This document shows, one piece after another, positions 1 to 10,367 of a DNA stretch of 64,000 nt. Origin of the DNA: Spizellomyces punctatus DAOM BR117 (taxonomy: Eukaryota). The first letter of the stretch is position 1. Each line of letters starts with the position of its first letter. The notes beneath the pieces were generated by a model that saw only the letters and a program-made list of their open reading frames with translations, was not told the DNA's origin and made no database searches. The translations under genes and the position numbers were made by a program. Where the stretch lies: NCBI GenBank assembly GCA_000182565.2, contig KQ257467.1; one strand, given 5' to 3'.

Positions 1-616
1 GAGTCGATGGGATTGCCTGGAAAATTGTTTCCGATTATCAAGCAGTGCTGTAAAGGCAATCTACGGTATTTGAAGAAAAAGTAGTGTGACGGAATATGGT
101 GCTGGCCGTGTGAAAAAAGGAAATTGAACGAAGTTGGGAATGTACAGCCGCCCCGTGTGATTTAGCACACAATTGGGATTTGCCAATCTTTTTTTTATCC
201 GGGGGGTTTTTTATTCCTGTCTTTTGTATAGTTAGATGATGTTGAAAGTCTTGACTGTAATTGTTGTGTTGTGGTGGTTTTGTATCATAATTTGGTGGGT
301 TTATTTATCCTTTGCGTGGTCTGGTGGTAATGAGCGGAAATGAAAAGAATGAAGGGCTCAGCTGGATAAGGGTGTACAAGATTGTAATGCATTGTTGGTA
401 AAAAGAAGTCCCAGAGTAAGGGATTGCAGACTGGTACAAGGCGTTGAGGAAATGGAGATCTTTGGCTGGAGTCAGTATTCTTTAATCTTTTCATGTTGCA
501 GCCTACTTCCTATACAAGCTTTTGCAAACTGATCCTACAGACTATATGGTACATGTGGGAGACGAGTCTATCCAAACTTCGCCTCTTAAACTATTCAAAC
601 GCTACACTAACAATGC

Positions 617-3600
617 CTATGACGACTCTGCAACCTTTGGCTCATCTGGTAGCACACATACTTCCGCATGCGAGACGCCCAAACCATCCACCAAACTCTC
701 ATACACGAACCCTTCAAACGGCTTTGGACCACACACCAAAATCTTTTGCGATGCATCCGACATTGTCCTATTCCACCCCGCAACATTCAATGCCTGGTCC
801 AAGACGGCTTGATCCAGCCTTCCCTCGTGCACGATGCACGAGTCCGAAAACGAAGCTTTTGGCGCTGGTGTGGAAAGAACCCACATGACACGAAGCTGGC
901 CTGGATAGGCCAAGCAAGCTCCCTCAATAAGTTCCCGGCCAATACAGTCATCAACAGAATGTACACACGATAAGAGCGTCACGACGGGGAGGGCCCCACA
1001 TGGGGGATACGTGACGCCCAAGGGGAAGACACCAGACTCGTTGGTGGTTATGTTGCGCCCTTCTGCCCATCCATCATAAGAGTGTGAGTGGACGAGAACT
1101 TGATCGGAGGGAGACAGGGCGAGTTCGTCGGGGTTTTGTGGTGAGTAGGATTGGAAGACTTGGAGGGGAACTTGGGCGGGTAAAAAGAGGGTTGAAAGGA
1201 ATTGAAGGGCTTGAACGAGTGCCGAACCCGCCGAGATGTAAAGAATTTTTTCAGGAATGCTTTGTGTGGATGAGAGGGGACGAGATGGGTGTGTTGAGAA
1301 CGTGCCCACACCGCACGGTCCTCGGAACTTCCATTGTCGTTCCCCTTCTTTAGATCGAGTCAAAAAGGAGGATACGGGCCCTCCAGTGTGTTTGACAATG
1401 ATTTCAAAGGACCCCATAGATCCATTTATGGGAGTGTAGAATCTCGTGTGGATGGTGTTGTTGATGCGCGTTGAGAGCTGGATGGCCTGTCCTGGAACAA
1501 AGTGGGGTGGGTTGGTTGCAGTGTGTGGGTAGAGGATCGTGAATTTGAGCTTGTAGATGGGGGATGAGTGCGAGGGTGGAGTGAGGAGAGTCGACGATAC
1601 GAGGGCGTATCGATGGTATTGGGCTGGAATCCAGGTTGCGGATGAACCTGTGATTTCGCCCACCAGTAAGGTGGAGAGTCTTGCGAGGGCTGCGTTAGTG
1701 TGGGAATGGGTTCTCCGTGACTTTTGAATCAGCCGCCATTCCTGTTCGGTAAAGCTTGTTGAGCCGTACGTTGGTGGGGCGGCTGAGCTCGACCTCGGCG
1801 AGCTAGCCTCCATGAGCGTTTTGCGACGAGGCAAGGTCCTGACGCGGGGCAAGCTATTGTTCAAGTTGCTCTTGCCGTTTATTTCTGGAAGAACAGACGC
1901 ACGGTCGATACCGTCGCTCACATTTTCTCGCCGCAAAAACTCGTCGGGATCTACACCCGCTTCCCCAAAGTAATCGTTGGTAATGTCCGTTCCTGCCACC
2001 GTGTACATAATCAGTTGCCCACCGGGGTGAGAGGACACCCATCGGGAGATATCGTAAACGTATTGACCGTTGGCGACGACAAGAAGTTCTCCGGCGAGGA
2101 TAGCGCTGTCAATATCTCCCCAGGTGTATTTTTGGAGGGGCTTAGAAGGCGTGCTGTGATTGAGTGCTAGATCTTGGGAGGTCTTTGAGAGCTCTTCCTT
2201 AACGGCTGGTGGAGTCGTTTGTTTACCGGGTGTGTACCAGGCATTAACCTTTTTTCCCGAAACTTGCAGCGTCCGTCTCCTGTTCCACCACCCAACTGCC
2301 TCACTACCGACAAACAGCCCCATCCAAAAGACACACACTATCGCAAAGAAAATCCACTGTCCCTTTCCCCTAAAGTACGTTTCCTCCAACGGATACATGA
2401 TATCGATGCCCAAGCCACTCTGCACAAACCCAGTAAAGACTAGGGCCTTTCCAATCCACGAATGCAGGATGCGGAACCATTTATGCCGTTTGATCCATTC
2501 CACGCTCAAGCCGAGACGATTGTAGGTTCCGAGGAAAGCTTGGGTCATGATAAGAGGGAAAAGGATCAAGCCGAGTAGAGGATGCGACCTGAGATCGTGG
2601 TTCTCGCTTCGCGGTGTGTTGCGCGGGTCTTCGGGACGGAGGGCGGCGATGATGATGGAGCAAAAAATGATGGTGAGGAGCGTCGCGAGGGTTTGGGTCG
2701 CAATGTGGATTCTCATCCATCCGGGGCGGGATTTCATATACCGTGACCAAAAGAGTCCAAACGGCATCAAAATACACCAAGAAACGAACATGCCAATTCC
2801 GTGCGCTTCTTTGGAGCGCATGCCATCATTCACGATCCTGTTTGCTCCGTTCAAAAAGTTGATCAGGTGTCTCCCTCTATTCCGTTCGCCGTGATAAAAG
2901 AGGTATCCATCTTTGCCCCGCTCATCTGGGTCCGCATTGAATGCCCAGATAACACTAAACTCCTCATCAATGTCAATGTTCCAGTGGTTGTTGTCAGAGG
3001 GACGTATTGGGCGGCGAAATTCAAAAACAATTGTATTGTCGACAACCGTCTGGAGTAACCCGTCTGTCACCAAGATTTTGTGAGCGGAGGGAACAGGCGG
3101 GGAATACTTTTTGGACGGATCCGACTCTGTGAATAGGATCCGCTTGGTATTCGGGTTGGCGTACAGGATCAACATGTCAGATGTCAACATGGAGGGCCCG
3201 AACCCGAATCCTATCCAAGCGTTCCAAATGCTTTTGCCTTTTTCGCCCTTTTTAGATGCCATCCAGTACTTGGTGGCATTGAAAGTAAGGGCACCATGTA
3301 TACTATCGGTTTCCACCGTCCAGTAAAAGTGAAAAGAATTGGTGGGTTCAAAGTCATCGATTCCATAGGCGAATTCGAGTGAACCGACTGGCAGCTGGAG
3401 GTTGATGGCGGGTTTTCCCGCAGGAACGATGCGAGACGAAGTTGGAGGGGATGGAGTTGGGGATGGGCGACCGGCCTTGTCAGTCTTGACGGATGTTGGC
3501 GTTGGTGTCGTCTTGAGCGGGGTCGTCCCAGTACTGGTTGACGAGACAGTAACTACAGGAGAGACATTCTCATCCAACGTAATCGCCTGCCGTTGTTTAG

Positions 3601-3891
3601 TCGTAAACGTCACCGGCGTATTTGTGGGTCCTACAGTGGGAAGCGCCGACGACGACGACCTATCACACACAAATTAGCTTCCAGTCACTTGCATCACACC
3701 ACACCAAAAGTAACCTACGTTTTGTCATCATCATCGTCATCATGTTTGTCATCATCGCCTAAAAGAATGCGAACTCGATTCAATATCCCAAGATTGTTGT
3801 CGTCGCCGTTATCAATCAAGTCCCGTGAAATCCGCGTAGCTTTCGTCCATTCCACAAGTAAAAGCAGGGGAAACAGGTGGAATATCCGCAT
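617..3891 (-). CDS. Multidomain membrane oxidoreductase: signal peptide, Ser/Thr/Pro-rich linker, DOMON, cytochrome b561, cytochrome b5, FAD-binding and NAD(P)-binding reductase with inserted SH3
   Basis: Exon 1 3891-3719 (MRIFHLFPLLLLVEWTKA signal peptide), GT-AG intron 3718-3660, joined in frame to the 1017-aa ORF. Motifs: DOMON WIGFGFGPSM...YHG; four b561 His (AHGIGM, RIHIATQ, SHPLLG, ILHSWIG); b5 VYDISRWVSSHPGG; RFYTPI, GPVSSFL and ILVCGP of the FNR family; SH3 DELAL...DGWAEG...GVFP. Confidence 0.85.
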
Positions 3892-4411
3892 TTTACGGAA
3901 GGGAATCTGCGGCGAGTAGCCGTTCAATCTGTCCTTTAGGACGAGGGGTGTTCAAATGCTCGAGTGGTTATCGTTCTTGGCAAAAACGTTCGCTCAACAA
4001 AAAACCGATGAATCAAAGAAAGCTGAAAGCAAGCAAACAAGGCAACAAGGGAAGAAATTCTAAAGACCCCTCCTCGCTTGAAAGTCAAAAAGCTTCTCCT
4101 GTGTATCATTATTTAAATTTGAAACATCCCCAACGGCTTGTGTAACTTTGCTTAATTGGCCGCGTTTCAGATTTATAAGAGGAGGCTTAGCTTTTAAAGT
4201 TGGCTTTTGGTAAATTGGCCGTTTGGAACTGTTTGATGAGTGTTTTTGGGTTATTTTGCTGCTAGTTGGTTCATTCCATGAGGTCCTTCTATTCCATAGG
4301 CTGACACAATGGGAGTTGCAGGAATGTACGAATGGGGTTCAATCCTTTCAACGTTTTCACGTCCTTGTTTGTGAATGAAGGAGCTCCGGTATAGGTCTCG
4401 AACACATTCTG

Positions 4412-4431
4412 CACACACACACACACACACA
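4412..4431. repeat. (CA)10 microsatellite
   Basis: Perfect CA run read directly. Confidence 0.95.
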
Positions 4432-6340
4432 TGGAATTTTATTGCAAGCAGCAGGTCCGATATTTTGACCAATGTAATAAACAAAGAATTGTAGTGTAGT
4501 CGGCTGAGCGCCGCACAAAAGCAAAGCTCCGGGGGCGCTTCATCTGTATTTCTTTTTTGCTGAGGTCCGGTGGCAATTTGACTAGATTATTTATGAGGAA
4601 GGACGGGAGCGAAACGAAAATTCCACACAATTGCTTTTGTTCCATTAGGTCTCTATGGGGCGCTCGGAAAGAAAAAGTTCATTGAAAGAATATGAAAAGC
4701 AAGAATTGGAAGGTTTACCTCGTCTGGAGCGGCGTGTTCCCAAACGTCTTTTATTCGCTGTCGCTCCATTCGGCTGTTAATACGTAATTAACCATGATTG
4801 TTATTTCACTTGCCCGAGAACCAGGACAAAAAACATTGTCGCTGCTGCATCTCCACAATTTTGTATTTGTTATACTGTCGCTAGTATCCTACACAACCGG
4901 TTGATGAATCTGTCCAGTCAAAATAACCTTAGTGCTAAGAGCGATTCAAATGCACTGCCATTGCAGAGAAATGGTACACTGATAAGAGGCGGCCTAGCAA
5001 TTGGGTAACCTGCAATGAATGGTGTGAAGGGCACACATAATCAAGTTGTTCTTGATCCACATTCGCAGTACGGAGCCTACACCAATACAATTAGTTGCAA
5101 AGTCCACAAATAGTAAATGCCGCGAGCTTTTTGTTTTGAAAAAATCCAAGCAATACGTTTGTTTTGACGGTGGGGATAGCTGTCAGAGTTGGGAATTCCA
5201 AGCACTGGCGCTTTTTTTCCGATAAGCAGATGACATCCTGCTCTATCGTCCTGCGCCTTGCTACCTATGAGCAGAAGCTGCAGGACGCATGATATGCATG
5301 TTACATTCTTTGACCATGCCATCAAAAAACACTCTTCTAAAAAAGACTTTTAGTCCAGAAATGGACCGGATGCTGTGCAGTAAAGCGCACCGTATCATGA
5401 TGATGCAAGCTGAAGGTTCATGCATGTAGCTCTTAATTAAAATTGGGCAGTGGCGGTGCAACCGTTACTAGGGCACACAGTATGCTTCATATTGGATAAA
5501 CTTGAGATAGAAGCATTTGCAACACATTTGTTGATTTGCCTAAATGTTACCTCGATAAAGGAAAAGCGCTCGATATTAGGAATTACTTGCAATAGATCAA
5601 AAACAACTCACCCCCATTCTTCCCAGCGGTACCCACAACGCAGTTCAATTCCTAGAAAGGGTAGACCTTACAGCGTTCACCTTCCTACCAGTGACTTAAT
5701 GTTTACTTTAATCATTGTTGTAGAGTCTATCAGGAATTGGTAAGATGGACTATAGCGGATGCCCTTGACTACACCTGTCAACACAGCAACTTCTATCATA
5801 AACCAGGATCATTGAGAACTGGGACGTATTTCTCTCACCTGTCACCCAACCCTATCCATCATAACTGTGCTTACTATCTACGCTACCCGCCACTTTTGAT
5901 GGAACCGTCTACCACTAATAGCACCAACGACAAAAGCTATTCGTTCAAATACATGGTTCTCAATTTCACAAAACGTTGGTCGACAATGAGTTCCACCCTG
6001 TCCAGTTTGCAACGGCCCATCGCGATACGGCCAACACGACCCCACAAGGTTTTGAGACAAGGGCAAGAGCTGGCGGCGTATCAGTGAAGCAGCGGGCAGT
6101 GCTCGTCCTGAGAAAAAGATAATGTGCTCAACCCTTCTTTCAATGAACGAAGACAGCTGGTTGATTGCACTTGAAAGCCACTGTTACTCGCTATTGATCC
6201 TCAAGACACCTTCTTGGGAACCGGCATAGCGATCTGTTGTTTCTTCTGCTGATGCAAAATACAAACCAATCCGTCTTCTTTTCCAACAATGTCCAGTCCG
6301 AAAGGCTGTCTGATGATGTCCGATCTCGCTTGTCCGAGAA

Positions 6341-6570
6341 CGTGGGAAAATCAAGATAAACAAATGACTCGCTTCACGCGTTTACATAATCTTGACTCGC
6401 GCACCGTTGGGCAAGGGGAACCCAGGAGGTGAAAACGACGACGATGATTGGGCATCAATGAGGTGACGTACGCAGGATACGGAAATCTTCCGCCGACGAA
6501 TTCCGAAATTGCAAAAAAAAAAGCGCAGTCCTCCAGGTTTATAAAAAGGCGACCTTTCCACTCCCCCCGT
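6341..6570 (+). repeat. Dispersed ~240 bp promoter-like repeat, copy A (inverted partner at ~63015-63277)
   Basis: CGTGGGAAAATCAAGATAAACAAATGACTCGCTTCACGCGTTTACATAATCT and AATCTTCCGCCGACGAATTCCGAAATTGCAAAAAAAAAAGCGCAGTCC recur as reverse complements near 63050-63277; contains TATAAAAAGG. Confidence 0.9.
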
Positions 6571-7489
6571 TCTTCTTTGTTCCCCACCTTTCGCTATTGC
6601 TTTTTAGTGTGTTAGATGTTCTTGCCTTTTTTGCTATTTTGTGTTGCATGGGACTGTAGTCTGCGTGGCCGGAGCGACTGCCTCCATCCTTAGGTGGAGC
6701 CCAATGATGGGGCCGGAGGGCACCTTTGCTCAATGATGGTCACCGGAGGGAGGGCCCGGTGGGTGAACAAAAACATGTTTGTTTATTCCAATGGCTGTCG
6801 CCACAAAATGGAATCAAAAAAATACTTTAAAAATAAAGGAAGAAAAGCACCGAGAAGGACGTCTCTCAAATGAAACTTTTACCATCATTGATGCTCTGGC
6901 TTATGGTCGACTACACTCTGAACGCCATGCTCGCTCATCCTGCCTGCTGAAGAACAAGATACTGTATCTTTTACGCAGTGTTGAATACTCGCCATCAAAT
7001 GGCAGCCAAGTTCAAAAGACTAGCACCGCCCAGGGTATGGTCTTGCACTCGCTTGGAAGCAGTATGGGAAGGTAGATAATACTATGTTTCAAAATGGATT
7101 TTGATATAAATAACGGTTGATTCAAGCTCTGGTTATTTTGTGGGTTCCTCTAGACTGTCATCAAATTTCAGTCTCGTCGCATCCTGAGCATGATGCACTT
7201 CAATGATGCCTTCGACAGTTCCAACTATCCGTTGAATAAGTCTTGCAGGTCGTTCAGTTCCGTCATAGCTTGTCCATAAGGTGAACTGGTAGGATGCAAT
7301 CGGGCTCTCAACAGTCCTGCACAGGCAGTAAATCGTAACATTTGGCTGTAATACTTGAAAATATTGAAATAAATGATACATTCAAGCAATGATGTATTTC
7401 CAATAGATGATACACTGGTAAAAAGCAGACGCATTTTGCAACAATTAATACACATTTTGGGGTGTCCAACAAGAGCTTTTGCCAATCGA

Positions 7490-7990
7490 CTACCGAGACC
7501 AATCGCAAGGAGGCGGCGAAGATGGTGCCATCCGGTAGCCGGTGCCGGTCTTAAACGTCATCGACCAATTCCAACCACCCCAATGCTGCTCAACAGACAG
7601 TTCCACTCCTTCATTTTGGCACAGCTCAATGGCAATTCTAACTACATCGGGGTTCTCAAATCCTTTCGGAGGGTCATGATCAACATCCTCAGGGTTCAAG
7701 CGTCCTACTCCAGAAATCGTCATGATGCCGTCCTTTTCAAAAGCACTGAAGCCATTTGGATAATTGCTCTTGATCTCTGAATATATCGAATTGATTGCAG
7801 CTATAGCTTCATCAGTCTTCTCGTCAATGTACCTGGACACTCGAGCACGCAGACAGTCACTTAAAGTTCCCTCCTCGGTAATGCTGCGTACAGGTTTGGA
7901 AGGCTGCTGGGTCACTGTTTGGTTTTGGGAGGCATTGCTGCCTGATTCAGCAAGGACGAAGGAAGTTTTTGAGGTGTGGCTAGCGGGCAT
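7490..7990 (-). CDS. Orphan intronless protein, tandem family copy 1 (~166 aa)
   Basis: ATG at 7990 (MPASHTSK). Shares IT.EG.L.DCL.A...Y.D.KT.EAI..IN and A.ELC.NEGVEL.V...WSM with the two neighbouring ORFs. Confidence 0.7.
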   Translation of the reverse strand: MPASHTSKTSFVLAESGSNASQNQTVTQQPSKPVRSITEEGTLSDCLRARVSRYIDEKTDEAIAAINSIYSEIKSNYPNGFSAFEKDGIMTISGVGRLNPEDVDHDPPKGFENPDVVRIAIELCQNEGVELSVEQHWGGWNWSMTFKTGTGYRMAPSSPPPCDWSR

Positions 7991-8298
7991 GGTATGTTTT
8001 GCAGGTGAATTGTGTGTGTGCGGTTGGATTCGTTCAGGACGAGGATGAAAAAACTGAGGGAGAGCAACTTTTAAGAAGCTTTTTCCAGTCGCGGGATGTT
8101 GAGGCCCCCATTTGCACCATGGAAGCTTAAAAAAGTTGAACATTTCAACATTTATGGGCATACCACATGTTTGAGACCCTTGCCACCCTAAAGCCAAAGA
8201 ATATGGAAAAAGTCGACTATTGCACTACGAAATGAGCAACGAGATGTATTTGCAAATACAAGGAACACAGCAATGAACGTTGGACAATTTCCAATAAA

Positions 8299-8778
8299 CT
8301 AAATCTTAATCTTCATGCTCCACTTCCGTTTAGTAAAGGAGACAGTGAGCTCCACACCTTCATTCTTGCAAAGTTCAGTAGCCACACGGAGCAGTTCGGT
8401 ATCCCCAAGTAAGGGACCTGCTGGAAAACCGTCCACACCGTCGGTCCCAGAAAAGATTGTGAAGCCATTCTTTTCAGTGACAGTGACATCTTGCGAGCGG
8501 TTTTTGATGAGATTCCACAGGTTGTTGATTACAGCGATGGCTTCCTTGGTTTTCTTGTCCCTGTAAATTTCTGCTTCTGCGTGCAGACAGTCACCAAGAA
8601 GGCCGTCCGCGGTAATACTGTATTGACTCTTGGAAGCAGATGGTTCTTGTTCAGCGATCTGCGCTGCAGGGATATTATCTTTCGATTCAAAATATGTATG
8701 TTGGGGGCCTACCCAATCGCCAACAGTCGTAATGGGATTACTATTCCGACTGCGTACGCTGTTTGATTTGCGTGTCAT
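8299..8778 (-). CDS. Orphan intronless protein, tandem family copy 2 (159 aa)
   Basis: Complete ATG-to-stop ORF, paralogous to copies 1 and 3 (ITADGLLGDCLHA, ATELCKNEGVELTV, WSMKIK). Confidence 0.75.
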   Translation of the reverse strand: MTRKSNSVRSRNSNPITTVGDWVGPQHTYFESKDNIPAAQIAEQEPSASKSQYSITADGLLGDCLHAEAEIYRDKKTKEAIAVINNLWNLIKNRSQDVTVTEKNGFTIFSGTDGVDGFPAGPLLGDTELLRVATELCKNEGVELTVSFTKRKWSMKIKI

Positions 8779-9095
8779 ATTGATTTAGGCTAGAGTTCAG
8801 TCGACAGCGGTGTGAGAGGACACTCTTTTTGAGAAGGCTTTCCACTCGCCAACCAAATTGGTTACTGAATCATTCACGACAAGACCCATTTTCCAAGCCG
8901 CATGAAAATGCGTCAAAACTGCCCAAAGCTTCCAGTTGCATCATTTGATTGAAAGGCCGGGGTTGCGTTCTTTGATTTCAACCTGTCAATCAAAAAGTCG
9001 ACTATTGCACTGATGAAATGAGCAATGAGATGTATTTGCAAATACAAGGAACACACAGAAATGCACGTTTAACAAGATTGACATTCTTCAATCAA

Positions 9096-9572
9096 CTAGC
9101 TCTTAAACTTCATGCTCCACTTGCGTTTCCAGACATCTTGATCTTCAGAGAGAATGAGCTCCACACCTTCATTCTTGCAAAGCTCAGTAGCGCGGCGAAG
9201 CAATTCGGCATCCTGAGCTAGAGAATATGCTCCAACACCGCCAGAAAACGTTGTGAAGCCATTTTCTCGACTGACAGTGATACTTCTCCAGCGTTCTGTG
9301 ATGTGGATATAAATATCGTTGATTACACAGATAGCTTTGTTGGTTTTCTCGTCCCTGTAAAACACCGCTTGACCGCGCAGACAATCGCTGAGAAGGCCGT
9401 CCGTGGTAATCCTGTATTGACTCTCGGAACCAGATGGTTTTTGTTCAGCAATCTGCGCTGCAGGGATATTATCTTTCGTTTCAGCGACACCCCATCCGTA
9501 GGCATCGGGGACTTCCCAACCGTCACCAGTCGTATTGGGATTGCTATTCCAACTGCGTACGCTGTTTGATTT
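9096..9572 (-). pseudogene. Tandem family copy 3, open frame but no ATG
   Basis: Frame is open from KSNSVRSWNSNP to WSMKFKS*. The 17 nt carrying the ATG in copy 2 are absent, and an in-frame TAG lies just upstream. Confidence 0.7.
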
Positions 9573-10367
9573 AGGCTAGAGTTCAGTCGAGAGCGGTGTG
9601 AGAGGCGCACTTTCTTTGAGATGACAATCCACTCGCCAATTAAATTAGCTTTTATTTGTTGAATCATACATGACAAGACCCACTTTCCAAGCCGCATGAT
9701 ATGCGTCAGAACGGCCCAAAGCTTCCATCATTTGATGGACCCGCGGGTTACGTTCTTTTGCTTCAACCTGTCAATCAAAATAATTATATGAATTGTCAAA
9801 ATTAGGATTATCATTGAGATTTTGGGGGAATCTCGCAGTAAGCATCATGAAACTGTATTGCAGGTGGTGCAAAGATTCTTCATTTTCATACAAATAATAT
9901 ATTCTCGAATCACATTCTATGGTCAGAGTGAGTGTCAGCCCGGTAATGCAAAGATGCTTGCAGCATGTACTATGGTATTCGTCAATGGAGGTGTGTTTGC
10001 CAGAGTCAGACAGAGTGGCAAGACGTAATGTAAAATCAACAGTGCATAGACGAACATGGGTACCTTCCATCCGGTTCCCCCAGCAAAAATCCATCAACAC
10101 ATATTCACATGTTGCGGGTCGTCAGACCGAGTTTAAGCATAGGTAGCCACTTGATAATGATGCTTCCCCCTCTTGGTCACGAGGAAATGTCGATGGCATT
10201 CCAAGATCTCGCATGTCAAAAACACCCAAATTCAAAAAACAACCAAAGTCAAAAACTCTGTATCCATTCACCACCATAAAAAAAAGAAAAAAAAAGGCAT
10301 CCCAATCCCAATACAAACACCCTACCCAAAGAGCACCTTCCAAAAATGTGTTTTGTAGTTCTCCTAC

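Larger units (their letters stand above)
8207..9780. repeat. Head-to-tail tandem duplication of a ~785 bp unit (~8207-8991 and ~8992-9780)
   Basis: AAAAAGTCGACTATTGCACT...GAGATGTATTTGCAAATACAAGGAACAC starts both units; TTCAACCTGTCAATC ends both. Promoter and 3' flanks are conserved. Confidence 0.9.

Noticed and set aside
617-2130. Nitrate reductase partner for the nitrite reductase
   Set aside because: It has b5 and FAD/NAD modules but no molybdopterin or dimerisation domain; the N-terminus is DOMON-b561.
4150-7450. Short ORFs in the gene-poor region
   Set aside because: No recognisable domains or consistent exon chains; possibly decayed sequence.
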